Shown piece after piece: positions 28,762 to 39,200 of a DNA stretch of 64,000 nucleotides. The first letter of the stretch is position 1; the number at the start of each line of letters is the position of its first letter. The position numbers and the translations under genes were made by a program. Source of the stretch: Candidatus Thalassarchaeaceae archaeon (lineage in GTDB: Archaea; Thermoplasmatota; Poseidoniia; Poseidoniales; Thalassarchaeaceae); assembly GCA_943841885.1 (NCBI GenBank), contig CALSZZ010000002.1, positions 28,262 to 92,261 on the forward strand, given 5' to 3'. The notes beneath the pieces are model-generated. The model had not been told where the DNA came from and did not search any database. It saw only the letters and a program-made list of their open reading frames with translations.

Positions 28762-29862
28762 ATGATTAGTTGTCCGCACGCTATGATGCCAGCATCGGAG
28801 ACACTACAAAAAGCCTGGGATGAAGCTAATTCTCTAATAGAAAATGGTGAACCAGAAAAGGCACTAGGAATACTTAGAGATATTGCTTGGTCGGAATGTA
28901 AGAATGATACACAGCGATCACAAACATCTCGTTATGCTGCGGATGCAGGTATGCTTTGGGGAGAAATGGATGCCAACGCTCAAAAGAAGAGATGGCAAAA
29001 AGCGTACAAGAATTATAAAACATCATTGGATTTCAATCCAAAAGATAAAGAAACAAGACGAAGAATGAATAAACTAGCTTCAATGATGGATGAAAATGGA
29101 GTATCTATTAACAGCGGTTTTCAGATGTTTAGCGAAGGTAATCCAACGCCTATTGGAATACTTACGATAGTTGTGGCATCTATGATATTCCTGACTTCTT
29201 TCAAAGTCGTTACGGAAGCAATTGATCCTGATGGTGTCGGTTTATGGAATGCACTTTCAGGAGACGACTCTTCAGATTCTGTTTTATTGAATAGTACTGT
29301 AGTTTTAGAGATATCATATGTAGATTCATCCGATACTCGTGTTGATGTTGATGTTGAAATCGAAATGAAACCAGATTTTGCCCCAATACATGTTGAAAAC
29401 TTTCTAAAACTAACTTCTGATGGGAAATATGATAATACTGAATTTCACAGAATTATAGATGATTTTATGATTCAGGGAGGAGATATAGACCATTTAGAAG
29501 GAAGAGGAGGCTATGCCGGACAATGGTTTGGTTTCTGTGACGGTCAAGCAAGAAATTCTTCTGATGATTGCGATTCTAGTTCATGGACTATCCCTGATGA
29601 AACTTCATCAGAAAATCCTGGACTTTTACATGAAAGTTGCACAATTTCGATGGCCAAAACTAGCCCACCAAATACTGGAGGAAGTCAATTCTTCTTGATT
29701 CCACAAGACAGTGAACCTAGCCACTTAGACGGAGTCCATACGGTATTCGGAAAAATAGTTAGTGGCTGTAATCATATTACTGCAATAAGTGAAGTACCAA
29801 CTACCGGTTCCGATAATCCGGTCAACACCGTTCAGTTGAAAAATGCATATATTATGATATAG
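28762..29862 (+). CDS. Membrane-anchored cyclophilin-type peptidyl-prolyl cis-trans isomerase with an N-terminal helical (TPR-like) region
   Basis: FHRIIDDFMIQGGD ... ISMAKTSPPNTGGSQFFLI ... LDGVHTVFGKIVSG. One TM helix (PIGILTIVVASMIFLTSF) precedes the PPIase domain. Confidence 0.8.
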   Translation: MISCPHAMMPASETLQKAWDEANSLIENGEPEKALGILRDIAWSECKNDTQRSQTSRYAADAGMLWGEMDANAQKKRWQKAYKNYKTSLDFNPKDKETRRRMNKLASMMDENGVSINSGFQMFSEGNPTPIGILTIVVASMIFLTSFKVVTEAIDPDGVGLWNALSGDDSSDSVLLNSTVVLEISYVDSSDTRVDVDVEIEMKPDFAPIHVENFLKLTSDGKYDNTEFHRIIDDFMIQGGDIDHLEGRGGYAGQWFGFCDGQARNSSDDCDSSSWTIPDETSSENPGLLHESCTISMAKTSPPNTGGSQFFLIPQDSEPSHLDGVHTVFGKIVSGCNHITAISEVPTTGSDNPVNTVQLKNAYIMI

Positions 29863-29924
29863 AAGTAATTACTTGAATAGTAGAGTTAAAATTACTTTAT
29901 GTTCCCGCTTACTTTGAGAGCCAT

Positions 29925-32612
29925 ATGAGTGCTAAAAATCCATTCGATTCTTTATCGAGATTTGAAACTAATGATGGCACATATTCTGAATATTTTAGAT
30001 TACAGAAATTACAAGAATTAGGTCACTGTAATTTAGAAAATCTCCCTTTTACTATTAGGATTCTTTTGGAGTCTGCATTAAGGAATTGTGACGACTTTCT
30101 AATAAAAGAAGATGATGTTGTCCGAATTGCATCATGGTCTCCAAAAATGACTCCAAAAGAAATACCCTTCAGCCCCAGTAGGGTATTACTTCAAGATTTT
30201 ACAGGCGTCCCAGCAGTCGTGGATATAGCAGCTTTAAGGGATGCTATGGTTGAATTAGGAGGAGATCCAGAAAAAGTTAACCCTCAAGTTCCTGTTGATT
30301 TGGTTATCGATCATTCTGTCCAAGTAGATTTTTCCGGTCTTTTCCCCGATGCCAAGGAACGTAATCTGGACATTGAGTACCAGAGAAATATTGAGAGATA
30401 TAAATTCCTCAAATGGGGTCAAAATTCATTAGATAATTTCAGAGCAGTCCCCCCAGGAAGGGGAATCGTCCATCAAGTAAATCTTGAGTGGATAGCATCT
30501 GTAGCTATGGAGGAAAATGATGTTTGGTTTCCCGATTCTTTAGTTGGTACTGACTCGCATACTACCATGATAAACGGGCTAGGGGTTTTAGGCTGGGGTG
30601 TTGGGGGAATCGAAGCAGAAGCAGTAATGCTCGGTCAACCAATTTATATGCTACTCCCCGAGGTTGTTGGATTCAAATTAACAGGTAAATTAAATCCTGG
30701 AGTTACGGCTACTGATATGACTCTCAGGATCGTAGAAATGTTACGCAAACATGATTGTGTAGGTAAATTTGTTGAATTCTTTGGCCCGGGAGTTAACAAT
30801 CTAAATCTTCCTGATAGAGCAACAATTGCTAATATGGCTCCTGAATATGGAGCCACTTGTGGTTTTTTCCCAGTGGATGAAAAAACTCTGGATTACATGA
30901 AACTTTCAGGTAGAAATTTAGAACATGTAGACAATGTCAAGAGATATTTAGAAAATCAAGGATTATTCCTAACTAAAGATACTAAGGAGCCTACTTTCAC
31001 ATCCTCTATTTCTCTGGATTTATCAGAGGTAATTCCTGCTATGGCAGGGCCAAAGAGACCCCAAGACAGAGTCAATTTATCAGATATGAAATCTCATTTC
31101 AAATCCTCATTAAATGCACCATTAGGTTACCTAGGCCATGGCATTGCAATTAAAAATAATAATGATAAATCGAATATCTCAGGCTCAATAGATGATTTAA
31201 AACATGGAGATGTAGTAATTGCCGCGATTACAAGTTGTACAAATACTAGCAATCCAAGTGTTATGATGTCTGCAGGTTTGCTAGCAAGAAATGCTCGTAA
31301 CATGGGCCTCGAAATTAAACCATGGGTTAAACCAAGTTTAGCCCCAGGTAGTAGAGTTGTAACGGAATATTATGATGCTGCAGGTTTAACAGAAGATCTT
31401 TCTTCTTTGGGATTCAATGTAGTTGGTTATGGGTGTACAACATGCATAGGAAATTCTGGACCACTAGATCCAAAGATAGAATCTGCCATTGATAAATCCA
31501 ATTTGATTGTAGGAAGTGTACTTTCCGGTAACAGGAATTTTGAAGGGAGAATACATCAAAAAGTTAAGGCAAACTATCTTGCTAGTCCGCCTTTAGTAGT
31601 TGCATACGCACTGGCAGGTACTTTGAATTTTGACTTTACAACCGAACCTCTTGGTTTTTCAAATTCTGGAGTTCCAATAATGCTAGCAGATATATGGCCA
31701 TCCGATGAAGAAATTAACACAGTAATATCAAAAGTTATTACTCCTGAAATGTTCAAGGAAAGATATGAAGATATTCTTGAAGAGCCAAGATGGGAATCAA
31801 TACCAAGTAAAAAATCTGCACAATATGATTGGGATATTTCATCAACATACGTTCGCTTGCCTACATTTTTTGATGGAATAAAAGAAAAGCCAGAAGATGT
31901 AGAGGGAATAGAAAATGCTAGAGTTTTATTGAAATTAGGAGATTCAATAACAACTGATCACATTAGTCCCGCCGGAGCATTCTCCTCTCATGGGCCAGCA
32001 GGGAGATATTTGATAGAAAAAGGAGTAAAACCACGGGATTTCAATTCTTTTGGAAGTAGACGAGGTAATCATGAAGTAATGATGCGTGGTACTTTCGCAA
32101 ATGTTCGAATAAGAAATGAATTAGCACCAGGAACTGAAGGTGGCATTACAAATCATCTTCCATCAAATGAAATAGTTTCAATATATGAGGCCAGTGAGAG
32201 ATATCAAAATACAAATACACCATTAGTTGTCTTAGCAGGTTCTCAATATGGAACAGGAAGCAGTCGAGACTGGGCTGCAAAAGGAACTTTGTTATTAGGA
32301 ATAAAAGCAGTTATCGCGACATCATTTGAGAGGATTCACCGTTCTAATCTTGTAGGAATGGGAGTTCTTCCTTTGACATTCAGAGATGGTGAAGATGCAA
32401 ATATGTTAGGATTAGACGGTACAGAATTTTTTGATATCCCAATTTCTACGTCAATAGAGCCACTTTCTATAATTAAAGTAACGGCTACTAAAATAGATGG
32501 TTGTAAAATAGTATTTGATGCAAAAGTACGTCTTGATACATCAGTTGAAGTAGAATATTTCAGAAACGGCGGGATATTACAAACGGTTTTGAGAAATTTA
32601 GCTAAAAAATAA
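29925..32612 (+). CDS. acnA: Aconitate hydratase A
   Basis: 895 aa with VLLQDFTGVPAVVDIAALRDA, GTDSHTTMINGLGVLGWGVGGIEAEA, the three Fe-S cluster Cys contexts (ITSCTNTSNP, GYGCTTCIGNSG) and SGNRNFEGR. Confidence 0.95.
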   Translation: MSAKNPFDSLSRFETNDGTYSEYFRLQKLQELGHCNLENLPFTIRILLESALRNCDDFLIKEDDVVRIASWSPKMTPKEIPFSPSRVLLQDFTGVPAVVDIAALRDAMVELGGDPEKVNPQVPVDLVIDHSVQVDFSGLFPDAKERNLDIEYQRNIERYKFLKWGQNSLDNFRAVPPGRGIVHQVNLEWIASVAMEENDVWFPDSLVGTDSHTTMINGLGVLGWGVGGIEAEAVMLGQPIYMLLPEVVGFKLTGKLNPGVTATDMTLRIVEMLRKHDCVGKFVEFFGPGVNNLNLPDRATIANMAPEYGATCGFFPVDEKTLDYMKLSGRNLEHVDNVKRYLENQGLFLTKDTKEPTFTSSISLDLSEVIPAMAGPKRPQDRVNLSDMKSHFKSSLNAPLGYLGHGIAIKNNNDKSNISGSIDDLKHGDVVIAAITSCTNTSNPSVMMSAGLLARNARNMGLEIKPWVKPSLAPGSRVVTEYYDAAGLTEDLSSLGFNVVGYGCTTCIGNSGPLDPKIESAIDKSNLIVGSVLSGNRNFEGRIHQKVKANYLASPPLVVAYALAGTLNFDFTTEPLGFSNSGVPIMLADIWPSDEEINTVISKVITPEMFKERYEDILEEPRWESIPSKKSAQYDWDISSTYVRLPTFFDGIKEKPEDVEGIENARVLLKLGDSITTDHISPAGAFSSHGPAGRYLIEKGVKPRDFNSFGSRRGNHEVMMRGTFANVRIRNELAPGTEGGITNHLPSNEIVSIYEASERYQNTNTPLVVLAGSQYGTGSSRDWAAKGTLLLGIKAVIATSFERIHRSNLVGMGVLPLTFRDGEDANMLGLDGTEFFDIPISTSIEPLSIIKVTATKIDGCKIVFDAKVRLDTSVEVEYFRNGGILQTVLRNLAKK

Positions 32613-32653
32613 TTAGAGAGACATTTATGTTGTAGTGCAAGCGAGGGTATCAT

Positions 32654-33127
32654 ATGAGCGAAGAAGAAGGAGAAGGAGAAGGAGTGGTAGAAAATACTCC
32701 ATCTTTGCCGGGCCCTACTCCAAATCCATCAAGCATACCCTCCGTCGTTAGGGCAGTCGGAAATTTAGACCTAAATGCTAAAGTTGATGAACTAGGATTT
32801 TCTAAAAAGACTGACCCAAATATAAGTGCTATTATTGAATTTTTAAATGAAGTTGAAATGCCACTTCCATTATCAAATAATCTATCCGGTGACCCTCAAG
32901 CAGAATCTTGGCTACAATTATTGATGACTTTAGTCGTCAGGGAACATGGCCACTCTTCTTTACCTATCAGTTCAATCGAGAAGGCAATAGGTGAAAAGAT
33001 GAATCGGGAAGGAGTAGAATTAGAAATTTTTTTAGATAGGCTTTGGATAATGGGAAGGTTGGAAAGAATTTATGGTGGTGCAGAAGTTCAATATTCTCCA
33101 AACCCTAGTTGGTTAGAATCTCAGTAG
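32654..33127 (+). CDS. Hypothetical protein with an acidic/Pro-rich N-terminus, function unknown
   Basis: ATG start. The ORF ends just upstream of the giant surface protein gene. No motif recognised. Confidence 0.4.
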   Translation: MSEEEGEGEGVVENTPSLPGPTPNPSSIPSVVRAVGNLDLNAKVDELGFSKKTDPNISAIIEFLNEVEMPLPLSNNLSGDPQAESWLQLLMTLVVREHGHSSLPISSIEKAIGEKMNREGVELEIFLDRLWIMGRLERIYGGAEVQYSPNPSWLESQ

Positions 33128-33225
33128 AATACTTATTTTTTCCTAATCAGAATGCAATAAGGCATAATAATAAGATGAAAGTCGCAAGTGGTATGCAGAG
33201 AGATAACAATCACCGTGACCGCAAT

Positions 33226-36200
33226 ATGAAGAGTGGCAGAGCAATAATGCTTGTCCTCATTATGGTATCCTCAACACTTATTGCAATGATTCCCTCTGTT
33301 TACGCTTCGCATACTACTCAATATGCAGTTCAACGAGATCCATCTGCCATAGCAATTGGGGATTTAGATTGTGATGGGGATAATGATATTATTGCTGCAA
33401 GTACTATGGGTCATTTCCTTAGTGTATTGTATAATGATGGATTTGGTACCGCAGAAAGCACTCCTACGGGGACATTCGCCGATAGACAAGATATTTACAT
33501 ATCAAACAACGACACTCGCAGGGCAGGTTTCAGAGATACTGCTGATGGTACTAGGGCAGAAATAGCTGATGTAGATGGCGATGAAATAAATGATATTATT
33601 TACTATCAACAAAATATCAGGTTTGTTGGGGAATCATTTGTCAGGCCTGCAAATCTTACTGTTCTGAAAGGAGTTTGCGATGACCGTGTCAATTTATGGG
33701 AAGACATGGCTTCAATTACAGTTACTAACCCATTTCTTTTAGACTTAGACGTTGATGATATAGACGGGGATGGGAATGCTGATACGGTCTTTGTTACTCA
33801 AGATTCTACAGGCGCGAACCAGTATATTCAAGTGTACATGGGTCCGGATTATACTCTACCAATTAATCAACAAACTATTCCTGTACCTCTCACAAATGGA
33901 ATTTATACAGATCTTATGTTAGGTCATTGGGGGGAGACTGTTCAATCTAGCGGAACTCCTGGAATCCCTTCTACTGACTGTGAAGATCTCGACCTATGGC
34001 TTCTACGTACCCCTCCCTTCAATGTTGGTGTTGGATATTCTGTTGGTCATTTTGATAATATGACAGTTTTAGAATTCAATTGTCTTCCTACAGCAGGGAA
34101 TGTATTCTTTTCCAATCCTATGGATCCTGCTGCCCAAGGGATGCATGAGTTCAAATTAGATGCAGAACACAACTATCCACTTTATGGGATAGATATCGCA
34201 GATACTACTCCTGATGATGAAGATAATGAGGTTGATTTAGTTGCAGCTATAGATGGAATAGAAGGTAGAGTAAACTATGCTACTAAATCTGGAAGCACTT
34301 GGAATACTCAAAATTACGTAAACGAGTTAGGAGATTACCTTGGAGCGTCATTGACTATTGCCGATGTCAATAGAGATGGAGAAATGGATTTCTTCATTCC
34401 AACAGAATTAACTTTGGAAATCATTCAAGACTCCTCTGCTCAGAATCAAACATATCTAAGTTTAGAAAACTTAAGAGCTACAAATACTGTAGAAATTATA
34501 CTTGCTAATCCTGATGGGGCCGGTTATCTTCCTTCACTTTCATTTGATGTCGGAAGACGCCCCAGTGTTGCAATGCCTGGTCAGTTACAAGGAGGTTCAG
34601 ACAGCGCACTTGAAATTGTAATAGGGCAGAGAGATTATGCATACAGATTTGCAAATAATGCAATGTGGCTTGATACCCAAGGTTGGCCAGGTGCAGGAGA
34701 TTATCTTTCAGTTTTGACTTTGGATAATTTCGATTTAGGACTTACTGGAGTGACGATAGAACCTTCTTCTGTAGATCCTTCCACTGGTCAAGCGATGCTT
34801 GGAGAAGGGAATAGATGGGTCAATGTCACCGTGAGAAATACCGGCCTAAATGCGATTGCAAGTGGGAGTGTAGATGTCAATCTTCAAGTTAAAGAAGTAC
34901 TCGGCGGTAACGATACAATAGTTTATTCAAATGACTTTGAAGATGGCGATAATCCAACAATAAATATAGCAAATGCACAATTTTCTAAATATTCATACAC
35001 TGGAGAATATCCAGAAGGACACTCATCTTGGCATCTAGAATCAAACTCTACAGCCGCTTCTGAAAATGTTTCTTGGTATGAAGCTGACAATAATCCAACC
35101 ACTTACTTTTGGGCTGGATTAGATTATGAAGATGAATCAGGTAACTATACTTCAGGATACGTTAACCATATGGATGAAGCATTGATATTGGAAAATATAG
35201 ATTTAACAGGTGCAGATGCTGCATTTATGGATATTTCAATGATGTGTAGCGCAGGCTTTTTCGAACTTTTCTTAGCTGAGGCATATTCAGTAGTTGAGAG
35301 ATGGTTGTATGAAGATGCATGTGGGATAGAAGTATGGAGTGAAGGCACTGGATGGAGAGAAGTCTCTAGAATGGGAGGATGGGATAATGAACGACTTATA
35401 CGCCTATATGCTCTTGATCAAGATCCTGAATATAACAACTACAACGTCAACTTTGGAGGAAATAACTATGCATCTGGTTGGATAAATTATACTGAAGGAG
35501 GAGGTACTTCTGATGATCCATCAGAGACGGAATCAATAGATTTGACTCCTTATGCAGGAGAAATAATAGATATAAGATTCAGATTCCGCAGTGGACTGGA
35601 AGGAACCGTAGGCCCAACAGGCTCTTCTGATAATTCAGGATTAGATGGATTCGCCTTCGATAATATCACTATCAGAAAGAGAAATGTCGAATTTGGAAAC
35701 ATTACTGATGCGAGTCAAGAATTATCCTTTACCAATTTAGACGCGGGTGAAAATCAAGTAGTTCAACTAAATGCGGATTTTGTTGATAATAAGACATACT
35801 ATATCTCTACATCCTTGAGTAATGTGGATATAATAAATCCGTCCGGTGCAGAAGATCAAGACGAAACTAATGATGAGATAAAATTCCAACTAACCGTGAA
35901 AAATCTCTTTGATCCTGGGCTTGCTGAAAGTGCATGGCCGAGTTTGGAAAATGGACAAAGATATGCTTCTGGAGAAAGAGATATTGAAGTCATGGTTCAA
36001 AACTGGGGTAATACTGTAGTTGACTTTGATGTGGAAGCATTTATTCAAAATGCGGAACCAGAATTAATAGCAATTGAAGATTTTTCTGGATTTGAGCCGA
36101 TATGGTTTGATGATAACGATGTAGAGGGTTATGAAAATGGAAGTAGGTTGGATGATTCATCAGGAAGTAATGCAATGCTGCCTCAAAATGTTGGAATTTT

Positions 36201-39200
36201 TAATAGTGATGCATATTGGCTAGGTCACCCTAATGACGGATATGGCGATAATTGGAATGAATCATTCTCTCTTGAACCGATTCCCGTTGGAGAATCGGGG
36301 GCAGATTTCACCTATTTGACGTTCGATTACTATGCTGAGGGAGATTTCTTACAGAATAATCAAGGTCAAGTATTGGCTGAAAGAGACGTGGCATTCTTAG
36401 AAATAGAATGGACAAAGGATGGAGAACTGTTTAATGGAATAGTTTATGGAAGTTGGACCGATTTAAATGAAAATGGCCTTCTTCTCGCTAGGGGTTCAGG
36501 TGGTAATTTATATCATTATTGTGAGGACTTTGATGGTAATGGTTATGATGAAGTCGAGTACTTTGGCGATCATTCCGATCAATATGAATCAGTTTCTTGG
36601 TATGATTCTGAGAGCTTAATGAAATCCGTAACATTAGATTTAACACATATTACTGTTTTAAATCAAACAAATGAAGACTCATTTACATGGACTGAAGAAT
36701 GTACTACTTTAGCGGGCTCAGAGGTTTCTTTGACTTGGAGATTTAGATCTAACGATGATGGTGTACATGGTAATGCAGGATTAGCAGGATTCGCAGTAGA
36801 TAATATAAGAGTAGAAGAATTCACTTTCGAAGATGATGGTACTTACTCAGTCCCTGTTACAGGCATGGATGCTTCAGAACGTCAAAAAGTAACTGTCACT
36901 AATCATGATTTTAATAGTGGAATTTACAAAATAGATGTCAATACTATTTTTAATAATTCAATAATTGATACTCCTTGGTACAATAAATCAGAAGTAAATG
37001 TTGCAAACAATTTTTCCTCAATTATTCTTAGTATTGCCAGCGCGGACATTACATTGATGCAACCAAATGTCCTCGACTGTGCAACTGATATAACATACAA
37101 GTGCGTATACCCTACTAATCCGGATGGAGATTGGGAAAGTTCTCACGACTTCTCTGTCCCATTGTTAAATGGTGTTATCGCCGGCGAATATATACTGTCT
37201 ATGAAGATAGTAGATTTGACGACAGGGGCAACCGTTCTTGAGAAAACAGCTGATAATGGGCCTTTCGACTTAGAACCTCACAATAGGGCTACGGCTAATT
37301 GGTCTAGTCCCTATTCTGGTTGGGAAGATGGACATTCATATAATATCAGTTTCTCTGCTGTTTTAGGTTCTGATGGAGAAAAATCAGGTAATGATAGATA
37401 CTTTGAAATATTATTTGAAGATGAAATAGATGTATTAATTTTATCAAATCCAACAGATCAGAATCGGCTACAGAGAGTTAAGATGGATTTAGAATCAATG
37501 GGTAAGTCCTATACTCAACTAAGAGTTAATGATTGGGAAATTTATGCAACTCCTGATTGGATTGAGCATTACGATAAAGTATTGATGCCTTGGCAAACCG
37601 ATTACAATGTTGTTTATGGAAATTATTATGATATGATGTCTACAAATAGAGATTCTGATGGTTTAAGTCTCACTCAAACTTTGGAATCTTACATGTATGA
37701 TGGCGGAACAGTACAAATGCATTTAGGCCCATATAGGAATGACTACATGCCAGAAAAATTACCTTTTGGAATTGATATTGCTATGAGGAATCAATATAAT
37801 TTTACTATGGATAATAGAATAGGTTATGATAATATTTCCATTGAAGATCCTTTCCATCCAATTTTGAAAGATATCGATACCTCTGCATTGGCAATAGCCC
37901 ATGGAGGGGACTATGTCGCATTATCAGGATTAGATATATCACAAGTTTCTCAATCTCAAATGCCGCAAGTTTGTGGTGGTAGAATAAACGAACCAAGTGG
38001 TACTTTCCATACACTGATTAGGGATATTGATAATCCTACTCAATCACTTATGTCAGTTTGCAATTATTATTCAGGGGGACTTATTGTAACTACAATGGAT
38101 GTTGAAAATCCTAGTATGTCGGAGTCATTTAATGGAACTTCTATTCCATTACTATCAAAAATGTTAGACTTCCATCTAACTCCCTGGGAGGACTCTGATA
38201 GTAACGGTGAGCCTGATTTTGGCATCATTAGGGAAGGATTCCAAATGACTATTGATGGGAAACAACCAATTTTCGATGGAGCTTTAGGTAATTATAGAAC
38301 TACTGCCATAAAAAGTAATGCAAATTTATCATTTAGTTTCGATACCGATGTAGAAGGAATTTTTGCAGATTGGACCTTGGAATCCGGAAATAACGATTCG
38401 GTAACAGATTGGAATGGAGATATTTTAGATGCAGGTAAAATAAGTTCTATGCATCAAGAGGATAAATCTATTCCTATCGATGCCACATTCTGTGTTTCTG
38501 ATGCTAATTCTGATACAGGTTGCAAAATAGATGCTCAGTGGATATTGAGCCTATATCTTCACAATGAATTAGGACACACTAGGACAGCAAAGATAACTCT
38601 GTACACTAATGATGTAGATGCAGACTCATCGGCCCCTATCGCGAGTGCGTCTATCATTAATAATGCAATATCTTTAGAAAATCTAGAATTCTCCGAGACA
38701 AAACGGGTACCAATAGGCGTAGATAGTAATAATGATCCTGTGTATGAGGAGTATCCGGTTTATATCGTTCGTTTATCAGAATCTGGAGATACTACTATAT
38801 CATTTACTGCGGAAAACAGTAGTGATGTGGGAACAGGAATAAAGACATTTATTTGGACAATGGTCGATGATGTTCAGCTTGATATGGTTGGTCAAGTATC
38901 AAACACTAAGCATACATTCGAACTCCCAATAGGAGCAGGTCCGGAATGGAGTTATACATTCAAAAATGTCACTTCGAATGGTATCCAATCCAATCAAGTC
39001 AGAATGGAGTTACAGGTTAAAGACTACACAGGCTTAACAAGTGAAAAATTCAGACTTTTCTTCATTGTTGTCGGAGAATTATTTGGTGATGAACCTCCTG
39101 TGGTAGACTCAGACGACCTATTCACAACTGACGGACAAAGATTTGATGCCTTAGATGCACTTGATATATTAGAAATATCAGGAATTGTAACAGGTGGCGC

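Noticed and set aside
29863-29897. AT-rich inverted repeat AAGTAATT...AATTACTT between the cyclophilin and aconitase genes; considered as a terminator or an aconitase-binding (IRE-like) element
   Set aside because: The stem is entirely A/T-rich apart from one G-C pair, the loop is 19 nt, and there is no C-bulge or CAGUG-type loop. This is not distinguishable from chance in AT-rich DNA.
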